Part shown: piece by piece, positions 38,412-48,978 of the stretch
Numbering within the stretch: the first letter of the stretch is position 1
Layout of the letters: the number at the start of each line of letters is the position of its first letter
NCBI RefSeq assembly: GCF_963506605.1
Contig: NC_083288.1
Location: 27,652,001 to 27,716,000 of the forward strand
Direction of reading: 5' to 3'
Length of the DNA: 64,000 bases
From: Zootoca vivipara
Lineage: Eukaryota
Made by a program: the position numbers and the translations under genes
The notes under the pieces: model-generated
Told to the model about the DNA's origin: nothing
The model's database searches: none
The model's input: the letters and a program-made list of their open reading frames with translations, nothing else

Positions 38412-38464
<53 letters not shown>

Positions 38465-38916
38465 ACATCAATAATGATGATGACAAGAACAAAAACGGAA
38501 ATCAGAAGGAAAATGTGTTTGACTCATTCCAAAAAATTTCCAAGCTTAAAACCATGGAGCCACCTGGGATGAACAAAGACATCGGATTCTTATCTCATTA
38601 TGCATGATTAAGCTTTCTTCGGCACCTCAGCCCTTGCTTTCCCCCTGCAGGACCTATTGCAGTCATCAGCAGTCGTTTAAAGCCATCAACAGGTTTACCA
38701 CTCCTATCAGCCCATCACCCATTCCCATCAACCCCCCCCCCCGAATATACATAAGGGTCTGCTTACTTCTGTTTCAGGGTATCTGACGAAGTGTGCATGC
38801 ACACGAAAGCTCATACCAAAATAAAAACTTAGTTGGTCTTTAAGGTGCTACTGAAGGAATTTTTTTATTTTTCATTCCAAAAAAGTTAGGATAGGTGGAA
38901 ATGCAAAGTTTTTTAA

Positions 38917-38953
<37 letters not shown>

Positions 38954-41900
38954 GTGCCACAACAACATCCATTGCAATACTATTGGACAAGTTAAAACAC
39001 TTTTAAGTTTCATTTAATTCAATTAGAATCTATCAGTCTGTCTGTCTGTCTATCTATCATCTATCTATCTCTTTCATCTCCTTCCCTTCTAGTGACATTA
39101 GTGGGAGCCAAATGAGCAACTAACATAGCTGGATAGGAATGGTAATTGACAACTGCTTCTAGCACCAAATTATACTGGACAGATTGGTACGTAGCATTCA
39201 ATATTGTATAAGCTTGTATTAGTATAAGGGCTGGAAGACTTAGTTTTGCCTGCAGTGAGTGACCAAGGAGCAATTATGGCAAGAGAAGGCCAGGAAAGAG
39301 TGGGAGAGAGCATGAGAGAGAATTTTGACTTGCATTGGGCTGGCTTAGAGGTTGGAGCATTTATATTGAGGGAGGGTGTCCCAGTTAATCAGGGCCAATG
39401 CTTTTTTTATTGCAAAAGGAATTTTTAATAAGTTTATTTAAAAATAAGTAAATTACAAGTTACTTAGCTTTCACAAAAACCAGGAAGTACCATAGGTTCT
39501 AACAGTTTGCGTTCTGTTATTCCCCCCATACAGGGGAATGCTAAAGTCTGAGGAAGAATTATGAGAGGGATAAAACACCTGCTTTATAGGCTGAAGGCTT
39601 TGGGTTCCAATCCTTGGCATTTAGAAATAAAATCGTGTCCTCCCTGAAAGAGGGCACGTGTTGTGGTGAGACCTGGAGACTGACCAACTGTGTTGTCGAT
39701 GGGTAAGATTGGACAGCCACAACACCCAATTAGTAGGTCCCTTGCTGTGGGGTTCAATCTGGCCAATGGGGCGCAGACCAAATGGATCGAAGGACCTATA
39801 TATACCCATGCACGTGACCCAGAGCTTCCTCTTTTGGCTCGTGCATTCGGATCACCCACCCACCTCTCCCTACTTTTAGGGCATTTTGCAATTGACCTTG
39901 CTATATTGTCGTGTGTCTTCTGTCATTGGGACAGGGGCATGGCAGGAATTTTCCCCACTTGACTGATTGGCTGTTGCCTTTTGGGTTTCGCCTGCCGCGT
40001 AGCAAATTGTCACAACTTGAAAGGTTGCGGATAGGCACTGGTTCAGGTGATAGGGATGGGAGAATGGTTTCACCATCCCTATGTGAAGGGTATCACTGTT
40101 AAAGGAATCCAGGGACTCAACTGGTTTGGTCAACCCCTGAGAGGGGGTTGTGCCCATGCCTGAGTCCAGGGGAGCATCGGGGGGGGGGTTGAACATAGCC
40201 TATTCCCGGCTTTTCGCCTAGCCAGGTGTTCACCCTTGGCTGACCTATGCTGGTGCCTTGGCCAGCGCTACCTGCAAGGGTGCAGGGAACGAGTCAAACC
40301 AGAGCCTATGCAACCACTCACTTTCTGTATTCAATAAAGTTGTGGCCTAAATTCTTCCAAAAACCAAACTAAAATGAGTCAAGTGTGTCTTTATTTAGGG
40401 GTGGAGGTCTCTGCGTCTAAATGTTCAGATTGGTGCAGGGAAGGAAAAAACAACCACAACAACTAGTGTGTGAATCCCAGGAGTAGACAAGATTTGGTTA
40501 GATTGACCAGTAGTCTGAGCAGGTAGGAAAAAATATCCTAAGAACCTAGCAGAGGTGAATTCCTTAACCATCAGCTACATTATCTGGATGATAACGGAAT
40601 ACCTTTTCTGCAAAGCAGGCGTCTTTGTCAGCTTCCTGGCAGCAAGTTGTCAGTACCGCCTTATATTTTGCAGTTCCTGCAAAGATGGTGGAGGTCTTTG
40701 AGAAAGGGTATCTTCTGGCAATTTCATAGGCATACCTAGGATAAAAAGTTGCCTTTCAATAACACGAACTGCACTTTCTTGCATGAAAAAATGTGGTAGT
40801 GAGCACCTTTATAAATTAAGATGATGATATAAAGCAGAGGGAGGGCAATCATTTATCCAAGACTACTAAGAAGAAGGAAAAACAAATAAATTCAAATTCC
40901 CACAATGGAGCCCCGGGCTGCAACTGTGCACACAATTGGGCTACTTAAATCCAAGAGATTTCAATGCAGGAGATTTGTCAATTTGTAGCATTCCACATCA
41001 CTTCCTCCAATAACAAACTCAAGCAATCCATTCAGATGTCTATGGAGCCCAAACAAAACCATTGAGAAGCATGGGCATGCCACCAAGATTTGCAGGTGGC
41101 GCTGTGGGTTAAACCACAGAGTCTAGGGCTTGCTGATCAGAAGGTCGGTGGTTCAAATCCCTGCAACGGGGTGAGCTCCCGTTGCTCGGTCCCAGCTCCT
41201 GCCCACCTAGCAGTTCAAAAGCACATCAAAGTGCAAGTACATAAATAGGGACCGCTCCAGCGGGAAGGTAAATGGCGTTTCCGTGCACTGCTCTGGTTCG
41301 CCAGAAGCAGCTTTGTCATGCTGGCCACATGACCCGGAAGTTGTCTACGTACAAACGCTGGCTCCCTCGGCCTATAGAGCGAGATGAGCGCCGCAACCCC
41401 AGAGTCGGACACAACTGGACCTGATGGTCAGGGGCCCCTTTACCTTTACCTATTAAACACACACACACACAATGCCAGATATCCCACCACACACCAGCTC
41501 GGTAAGGACTGGGCATACTCAGCTGCCACAGCATATCAAGTGTTAGTTGGGAAAGAAAAGGAGGAGATGAGTGAGACTGGAATGGCAAATCCTAGATGAG
41601 AGTGTGTCTGGTCAGCAAGCTAGAACCCTGGCCAGGAGAAGGTGGGGATAAATTGCAGACTGGCTGGCTAGGACACTGATGAAGGAGCACTGCTACCTAG
41701 AGGTGAGGTTATCTTTCATTTTTGACAGCTTGCATGAAGTAGCAGTCAGAATTTGCAATTATCTGTTAGATGATTTGAAACAGAAACTTGTACATCTTAT
41801 CTGCGTTTCATTCGTCTCACAAAGGGCAACCAAATCTTCAAAGTTACAGCATAGAATCATTCTACTTACCTTCCCAGGGTTTGACGTGGGTCTGCTTCAA

Positions 41901-44900
41901 ATGCTTTGCAGCCTTCCTCTGAAGATGGTTTTTGAAAGGGAGGAATGAATCCTTGAGTTGCATTTTTATGGGCCAGAATACAGGCTTGTCTATCTGGGTC
42001 AGCTTTAGCACAACAGTCAGAAAATCCATATTTCTCAATAATTTCTTGCTCATGGCAAAATTCATCCACAAAAACGGTACCCTGGTTGAGGGAAGCAAAG
42101 TGTTCTCTCAATTGATTGCACTTGCAGTCGCCTGCTTGCTTAGTCCACATAAACAAAACATCATTTTTTTGGGGGGGGGGAAATCCATATAAGCCTGTTA
42201 AATGTTAAACTGGCAGTTGTCAATAGAATTAAGTTTCTATATTACACATGGTTTAAAGGACAGTCAGCAGACAGATCTATTGAAAAGTTAAGTTGGTTTA
42301 TAAACCGCTGGAATACCCATACCAAATTTCTTGATAGACTCTTTGTTTGATAAAGTTATTTTTTATGCATGAGCCCTTATTTTCCTGTTTGACCACTGAG
42401 ATCATCTGGAAGAGTTGCCCTCTAGTTTTCAAAAGCCTGATTAGCTCCAAGTATAAGTTGGACATATAGGGTCATGGATCCCATGTTGTGGAATACTATT
42501 GCAGCAGAAATTTAGCAGGCATCCTTGCTGCTAATCATCAGACATTTCTTGAAGACATTTTTGTGTTGGTAGGTCTATTCTGCTGAAATTTTTAAAAGAT
42601 GAACTAGTCATCTTTATAATTGTTCCATATTCTTGTTATTGTACTTTGTACATTTTGTACATGGAAACTTTGTTGTACGTTGCCCTGGTATGTGGTGGGG
42701 TCTACAAATATTTTCAATAACCTATGACTCAAAATGTTCCTGCCAGTGAACATGGAGAGGGAGATATTTTGAGCCAGGAGACAGAAACTGAAAACATAGG
42801 CTGTCCCTCCTTGGGGGTTTTTAAGCAGAAGTTGGATGGCCATCTGTCATCTCCTGCCTTCCTTCAAAGTCTGCTGCACTGCCCCTACCAAAGCAGGTGA
42901 CAACATTAAAATGATAGAAACCATAAAATAAAAACATAAAACGTTAAAAATAATCTAAAAGCAAAATACTGTAACATGTATTTTACTAGATCCCTGAATA
43001 TCAGATAGTAAACCTGGATATGTTCCAACAAGAAACGTAACCTGCTATTAAAACTAATAAGTTCCCCATTTTAGAGGGCTACATATCTGCATAGATCAGT
43101 TCCCAATATATTTGCTTTCTCTCTACAGTTTCATTTCTATGTTCTCTAAATTCAGCTCCCAAACACTTACCAAAGGCTTTGTACATTCTGGGTCTGATTT
43201 TTCATCAGCGACACATTTCTTTTGAAGTTCTACAATATCGTTCATTACTTTTGACACCTCTTCAAATGTTGCTTGTTGCAGGACTTGAGAGTACAGGACT
43301 AAAGCACTAGAAAATGCATACATGATTTATTTTTAAAAATGTTACCTCTGTGATAACAATAATCTACATGACTTCTAAGAGCAAGCACATTCTTTTGAGT
43401 GGTTAAAACCAAATGGCACAACTGGGTAGATGGACATTAAAATGACATTTATACAATTCAATGTAAGCAAAGATTCCATTATATATATTGGGGCAAGGAA
43501 TCCTAACTTCATATCTATATGGATAGGGTCTCAGTTTGTAACAGACCAGGAATGGGAATGCACCCGAGCTCTGGTTTTCAAAATATACAACGAGAAATAT
43601 TAGAGGGAAAATAGGGGCCTCATGAGACAGAGAAATTAAACAGTCTTTAGGAAGGAGCTGACCTTATTTATGTAATTGGCCAGTATTTATGTAATTATGT
43701 AATTATGTAATTATTTAATGTATTATTTATGTAAGTATTTATGTAATTGGCCAGTTATTGATGGAGAATAAGTCAAGCCAGGATTATTGCACTATTTAAT
43801 AAGTCCTCCAGATTCATTATATGAGTTTGTGCAGATTAATTGACTAGTAGTGCATACAGTAGCATTTAAATAAAAATGATTGTGATAACTTTAAACTTTA
43901 AACTAAGATAACTTTAAACAGTTATGCCTTAGGAAGATATTGTTCTAGGCTTGTTGAGAAGACTTTCTTTGCTGAAGTGGTCGTAATGGTGGGAAAGCTG
44001 CCATTTTAAATTCCCCCGACACCGCATAATACACCACAGATTTTCTGAAATCTTAAAAAAAGAAGCTTCTCAGACACAGCCGATCAATGCAGGTGTGCTT
44101 ATGAAAGACACCAACAATTGTGGGCTCCACAGAGATGGTAAGGTATTGGCAGTTTCCCAAAGGGGCCTACTGGTGACACCAAGCCTGTCCTTAGGGTCAT
44201 CAGAGACAATGGGGAGTGACCTTTCTAAGACAGTTCTTACCCTCTGCGGGTTATTGTTTTTAATAGTAAGGCCCTATTTGATAAATAATTAGAATTGTTG
44301 AAAAATTAATTGAAGGGCAACCCGATTTATTTATCAAGTGATTTTAAATCAATTAATCTGATTCGTCAAATAAATATTGGATTATAATGTTTACCAATGT
44401 GCCTAGCTTCATTTGATAATAGCTTCATACAATTTTGTTATTGACAGTCCAGAATATTAAGCTAGTAGTAGTTCATAGCCTCTGTATCTGCTCAGGTCAT
44501 TTGGAAAGAAATTTCCTTAAAAGACTTACATCCCTCGAAACTCATCAGCTGTCACTTCGGTAGCTTGCGCTATGGTGTCCTGATGTCCTGTAAAGAATAC
44601 AATAATCAAAATTTCACTCAGTGCTTCTAGTAGTGCAAGCATTTGCACGTATCATCAGACCAAAACACTATTGAGTTGGGTAGACTTTACACAGTGGTAA
44701 ATGGGTATAGAATTCCAGCCATATTGAGTTAAAAAGAGAATGCAGGCATCCATCATGCCTCTGGGATGCATGAGCCTTGCCCAATACTTCAGTATCAGAA
44801 ATGAAGTAGCAGTGGGCCCCTCCTTGGAGGGAGGAGACATTGGCTGCTGCACCTTCCTTTCTCTGCACCCTTAAGAGTGGGAAATCCTGCTGATCCTATG

Positions 44901-45208
44901 GACCTTGGGCACCCTCCTATGGACCATGGGACTGCACTCGTTGAGACTTTAGTATGTATTAGTAATCCCTGTGTTTATCGTGCACTTGACTTACTTTTCT
45001 ATCACTATTAAAAATAAGGTTCAACCCGCACATTTAAAAAAAAAAAATCACAAAGGCAACGCTAATCTTACCAACCAAAACAAACTGGTTTATGGCATCG
45101 TATGACATAAAACGACATATTACCTGCATGCCGGTACCGTCTGGGTAGGTGCTTTGACTCGGCCAAGCTTGCCAAGAAAAGAAAAGAAATGAATGTTACC
45201 CACTTCAT
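27848..45208 (-). CDS. Albumin/AFP-family gene B (squamate serum albumin-like), 14 coding exons, 613 aa
   Basis: Exons: 45124-45208, 44530-44587, 43171-43306, 41870-42081, 40603-40735, 38312-38409, 37297-37426, 36372-36586, 33967-34099, 32967-33064, 32228-32366, 30579-30802, 29626-29758, 27848-27895. All are GT-AG, 1842 nt in frame. MKWVTFISFLFLASLAESKHLPRRYRHAGH...FVYEYSRRHP...GPKLIERTRAAFGEN*. From memory it resembles cobra serum albumin and AFP. Confidence 0.94.
29205..29332. mobile_element. hAT-type MITE
   Basis: 8-bp TSD agtatact; related copy at 32430-32566. Confidence 0.8.
29626..29758 (-). CDS. Gene B exon 13
   Basis: 133 nt, QLVDLIKHKPTITDEQL...TQCCEEAEHDTCFAKE. Confidence 0.93.
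29913..30249 (+). mobile_element. Sauria SINE
   Basis: gggacacgggtggcgctgtgg head; 12-bp TSD tagggatattat. Confidence 0.9.
30579..30802 (-). CDS. Gene B exon 12
   Basis: 224 nt, VSFVLGEICRRHEEHHINKQVCKCCSDSLTFRRECFSSLG... Confidence 0.93.
31434..31795 (-). mobile_element. L2 3' fragment; a second L2 tail on the plus strand at about 31255-31364
   Basis: Matches 17980-18175; (TAAA)n tail. Confidence 0.8.
32228..32366 (-). CDS. Gene B exon 11
   Basis: 139 nt, MLVLYTKRAPELTFDE...KCCNEDEAHKLPCAEKY. Confidence 0.93.
32430..32566. mobile_element. hAT-type MITE
   Basis: Reverse copy of 29205; absent at the homologous gene A site (about 5297). Confidence 0.75.
32967..33064 (-). CDS. Gene B exon 10
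   Basis: 98 nt, EEELKKHISDTVETMKKNCALHATTGDYLFQNE. Confidence 0.92.
33967..34099 (-). CDS. Gene B exon 9
   Basis: 133 nt, FVYEYSRRHPELSPELLVRLGKGYGDLLDKCCPLENTVECLGHG. Confidence 0.93.
34362..35249 (-). mobile_element. Bov-B LINE 3' part (about 0.9 kb, frameshifted RT)
   Basis: NINNLRYAGDTTLMAES...RVPWTARRSN; (CAA)n tail. Confidence 0.93.
35352..35554. repeat. (TTC)n/(TCTTCC)n and (TA)n microsatellites
   Basis: Seen directly. Confidence 0.9.
36372..36586 (-). CDS. Gene B exon 8
   Basis: 215 nt, ADVSKYICSHQATISSKVHDCC... Confidence 0.93.
37297..37426 (-). CDS. Gene B exon 7
   Basis: 130 nt, KVAQLSQKFPKADL...ECCKGDTLECLLDR. Confidence 0.93.
37889..38263. mobile_element. Tc1/mariner-type MITE
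   Basis: TIR tgtttcccctaaaataagac / gtcttattttaggggaaaca. Confidence 0.75.
38312..38409 (-). CDS. Gene B exon 6
   Basis: 98 nt, ATEVSKYLRKDFARQKQICSVRRKLGELPLRAL. Confidence 0.9.
38413..38457. repeat. (TAA)15 microsatellite abutting the gene B exon 6 acceptor
   Basis: Seen directly. Confidence 0.95.
38778..38817 (+). ncRNA. Minimal type I hammerhead ribozyme motif in a Penelope-like remnant
   Basis: GGUAU-CUGACGA-A-GUGUGCAUGCACAC-GAAA-GC-UC-AUACC: 5-bp stem I, intact core, palindromic stem II and short palindromic stem III. Confidence 0.75.
38778..38871 (+). mobile_element. Penelope-like remnant
   Basis: Reverse-complement match to 1020-1110. Confidence 0.65.
39515..40422 (+). mobile_element. 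Solo LTR-like unit (ERV- or DIRS-type) in gene B intron 5
   Basis: CCAAT boxes, TATATATA at about 39797, caataaagttgtggcc at about 40332, possible 4-bp TSD gttc; homologous to 46842-47630. Confidence 0.65.
40603..40735 (-). CDS. Gene B exon 5
   Basis: 133 nt, YAYEIARRYPF...TTCCQEADKDACFAEK. Confidence 0.93.
41092..41451 (+). mobile_element. Sauria SINE
   Basis: Same family, cctttacctttacc tail. Confidence 0.88.
41870..42081 (-). CDS. Gene B exon 4
   Basis: 212 nt, GTVFVDEFCHEQEIIEKYGFSDCCAKADPDRQAC... Confidence 0.93.
43171..43306 (-). CDS. Gene B exon 3
   Basis: 136 nt, ALVLYSQVLQQATFEEVSK...KKCVADEKSDPECTKPL. Confidence 0.93.
44530..44587 (-). CDS. Gene B exon 2
   Basis: 58 nt, GHQDTIAQATEVTADEFRGI. 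Confidence 0.9.
45124..45208 (-). CDS. Gene B exon 1
   Basis: MKWVTFISFLFLASLAESKHLPRRYRHA, donor G|gtaata. Confidence 0.93.
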
Positions 45209-45271
45209 GGTTCCGAATTGTTTAGGGGCTTTGATGATGTGAAAGGTAGAAAGAGCAAAGGGGTAGAGGAG

Positions 45272-45730
45272 CTTTTATACTTTATCACATGCATGTTGGG
45301 TTAATGAGAACCCACCTCACGGTCGTATACTTGGTTAGGACACAATAAATATCCCTGCTAATAATTACATTAATAAAATATTTACACATTATATTTGTCA
45401 AGGGGGTATCTTGTCATACAAAGTCTGCCAAAGTTATTCCTCCACCCCAGAATCAGCACAAATAGACATTGGCCTTATCGTACTTCAAAGAATTTAAGCA
45501 AACTGCCCTCTGGGTTACCCTATAACTCATATACCAACCTTTTCCCCTCTCAATATGTTGTCCAAAGGTGAATTGAATTGATCCAAGTGGGCCTTTGGCT
45601 CTTTGTCAAATTAAAGAGTGCATGTTCAGAGCTGTGCGTCTCTGACGTTAATTTCCAAGGCTGCTGAAAGGTAAACATTTGATCTTTTGCAACAGAGTCT
45701 GAAAACTCAGACTGGAGTCTTATCCACCTA
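45272..45730 (-). promoter_or_regulatory. Gene B promoter: TATA plus HNF1-, HNF4/DR1- and FOXA-like sites
   Basis: TATAAAA at 45273-45279 (minus); GGTTAATGAGAAC at about 45299; GCTAATAATTACA at 45357; TGTCCAAAGGTGA at 45559-45571; GTAAACA at 45671-45677. Confidence 0.72.
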
Positions 45731-46081
45731 TCCAGGGATATCTGGAAAACTTTTCCAAATTTGATAATATGTTGTATCCAATTAAGTTTTACGTAGAGCA
45801 GACCTAGTAAAATATATGAACCTACACTCTTTAATGTGTATTAAAATTAAATTTAAAGATAGGGAGAAATCCCATACATGGGAAGCATGGCAGAGGGGAA
45901 ACAATCTTTCAAATATTGTTTGTGTTAGGCCACCCTATTTGTTGGCTTAATTTATGTGGGGTTGTCAGGCCAGATGTATGGGTTTAGGGTCCATTCTCTC
46001 TGATTCCCCAGGATTCTCCCTTTTTATGGCTTATGCCAGCTTAAGATCTGCCAGGCTCAAGTTAGCGGTCTGGGTCCTGAC

Positions 46082-46510
46082 CTTAGCTGCCAAGTATCCG
46101 GTTTTTCACGGGAAACCCCCTGATTTTAATCCATTTCCCGCTGTTCTCCCAAATGGAGAAAAATCCCAGAAATCCCCCGGATTTCCTACCTGCCAGGGAG
46201 CCTCCATTTTGGGTCCTGCTCTTGTGTGGGCACCGGAAATCGGGCAGAGCAGCACCGGAAGTCACTTCTACGCATGCCCAGTGGCCATCTTGGTGGTGGC
46301 CACATGGCGGCAGCCGTCACCAAGAGGGCCGCCACCATACGGCCACCACCAAGATGGCTGCCGGCATGTGTAGAAGCGACTTCCGGTGCTGCTCTGCCCT
46401 ATTTCCAGTGCCCACATGGGAAGAGCGGCCCCGGAAGTTGCTTCTACGCAACTTCCGGTGCTGCGCCGCCGCTGATCCCGTATTTTTCAGCGGGAGACTT
46501 GGCAGGTATG
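46082..46510. mobile_element. hAT-type MITE with a long internal inverted repeat
   Basis: TIR cttagctgccaagt/acttggcaggtatg; perfect 8-bp TSD gtcctgac. Confidence 0.85.
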
Positions 46511-46841
46511 GTCCTGACTGAGCCATGATGAGGGAGATATGGCAGCATCTCTCCAGCTGAACTATGAACCATATGGAAAGGAGGGTGATGTTGGTTTGTC
46601 GGGGTGCTCAGATAGGGTTGCGATACATCTAGGAAATCCTGGACATGTCCTCTTTTGGGAGGCCAATGTATTCATACAGGAGGGGGGATTTTTACATTTT
46701 AAAGGAAATTCTCAGTGTGTTGTTTATTTATTTGGTGTTTTTTGGTTCAGGAGGTATTGCTAGGAGATCACCCAGAACAAGGGGGAGCAGAGCTCATTCC
46801 ATCTGGGAAACTGATATGCTTGCACATAAGGAACATTTGCA

Positions 46842-47630
46842 TGTGTAGACCTTTTAACCACCCCCCAAAAAATATTCAGACAAGACTCAAATTTTTGGTT
46901 TGGTTTTTGGCAGAATTTAGGCCACAACTTTACTGATTACAATCAAGTGAGTGGTTGTATAGGCTCTGGTTCGACTAGCTCCCTGCACCCTTGCAGGTAG
47001 TGCTGAGCCTGGGCACCAACCATAAGTCAGCCTCAGGTGAACACCTGGGACAGAGACAAGCAGGAGCCCTGCTAGACCTCCACCCAGATGTCCCCTGGAC
47101 TCAGGCTCTGGGGACAACCCCTCAAAGGGAAGACCAGCCATGAGTCTGTGGGTTCCTTTAGCGGAATACCCAACGCATAGGGATGGCTAGGCGTACTGCC
47201 ACCCCGTCACCTGAACCAGAGCCTATCCGCAACCTTACAGGTTGTGACGATTTGCTACATGGCAGGCGAAACCCAAATGGCACCAGCCAATCAGCCAAGT
47301 GGGGAAAATTCCTGCCGTAACCCTGTCCCAGCCACAGGTGACACACGATGGCATAGCAAGGTCAAGCACAAGCCCTAAATATAGGGAGAGGTGGGCGGGT
47401 GTTCCGATGTTCTGAGCCCAAAAGAGGAAGCTCAGGGACACGTGCATCGGCTTAAGTAGAGGTTCCTTAATCTATTTGATTGGCATCCCATTGGTCCAAT
47501 TACACCCTGGATCAAGGGACCTCCAATAGGGTGTCGTGGCCATCCAAACATTCCCACCCACAACACAGGGTTTGGTTGCCAGGTCGCAGGGGCAGTCCAT
47601 CCCCTTTCACCACGTGCTCCCTTGTACTCC
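46842..47630 (-). mobile_element. LTR-like unit, same family as 39515
   Basis: Colinear reverse-complement homology; ends approximate. Confidence 0.65.
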
Positions 47631-48897
47631 AAATTCTTGTGGTTCATTCACACTTCCACTTGTGCTGTACTCCATCTACATTTAAAAGATATGTAGCAAT
47701 CTTGGTGTTTATTATGCAAGTACTGTGTAACCAAAGATTGTAACAACAAAGCTGCATCCATGTTTTTCTCTATTCATAATAAAACAAATCATTTCAAGAG
47801 GGCATGTATGCTGCCCTGATTTCCTCTGATAAAAGGCAAGTTTAAAAATGCATTGAGAGGGAAACCTCTGCTGGGAGTGTAGCACAAATCCCCATTAACT
47901 ATTTCGTATGGAATCAACTTCTAACCCGGAATTCTATAAAGTGATCTGTTCCAATAATGCTATTGCCAATAATTTGAGCACATCACCTAGTGTTATAAGA
48001 TCAGAGATATCACACTTTGACTCCTGGTGTAATTCTTTCTGCATTGCCGTATTCTCATCAGGTGATTTTATGTGAGTTTACCATGCTACATTTCAAATCC
48101 ATAATTTTAAAAGGTACACAAAAAACATGAACACACTGCTTCTCTAATAATGAGTTTTTTAGTCAATTTTCCCCACTAGATATTTTTATTTTCTAAAATG
48201 AGTGTCCCAAAAGCTGAACAGTGTCCTCTGTGGCACAGAGGTCTCCAAAGACATAGCATTTTCTCAGGAAAAAAAAAAGATAAATAGCCACAAGAGGTAG
48301 TCAGAGAGTGTAGGCTGGAACATCTCACTTTGTTGCTTATCACATAGGCAGACATTTTGTGAAATGAAAATATACCATAAGATCCATATATACTGGGTTA
48401 CTGACATGCTGAGAGAGGAGGAATNNNNNNNNNNNNNNNNNNNNNNNNNNNNNNNNNNNNNNNNNNNNNNNNNNNNNNNNNNNNNNNNNNNNNNNNNNNN
48501 NNNNNNNNNNNNNNNNNNNNNNNNNNNNNNNNNNNNNNNNNNNNNNNNNNNNNNNGAGGTATTACAAAATTATCATGTTGGGATCTTGACCTCTCAGAAC
48601 CGTTTGCAATTATTCTGTTGATTTTACAGCAAAGAAAAGAGTGCCAATGAGAACGTTTATAGAACTGTTTACATAATACAGAATAGAATCACACTTAAGG
48701 GAGTTCTATCTCATTATGTGAGGTCCCATTGCATGTTGTTGAAGGACACAAGTGCTTAAGTTTAATCTAGCATTTTCCAAAGAAAAGGATCTCGGGTGAT
48801 AGAGATATAGAAGTCCACTGGTTGTTATATTTGAGAGTCAGAAGGGACTAGAAAGATCAGTGGCTCGAGGCTGCTTTAAAATATGTGTTGTAATCAT

Positions 48898-48978
48898 TTG
48901 TTGTTGTTGTTTAGTCGTTTAGTCGTGTCCGACTCTTCGTGACCCCATGGACCATAGCACGCCAAGGACTCCTGTCTT
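48898..48978 (-). mobile_element. Bov-B extreme 3' fragment
   Basis: ttgttgtttagtcgtttagtcgtgtccgactcttcgtgaccccatgg. Confidence 0.8.

Noticed and set aside
47225-47280. Hammerhead-like GUGACGA-stem-CGAAAC in the LTR-like family
   Set aside because: C3 is G, no NUH or stem III partner is present, and the putative stem I is broken in the other copies.
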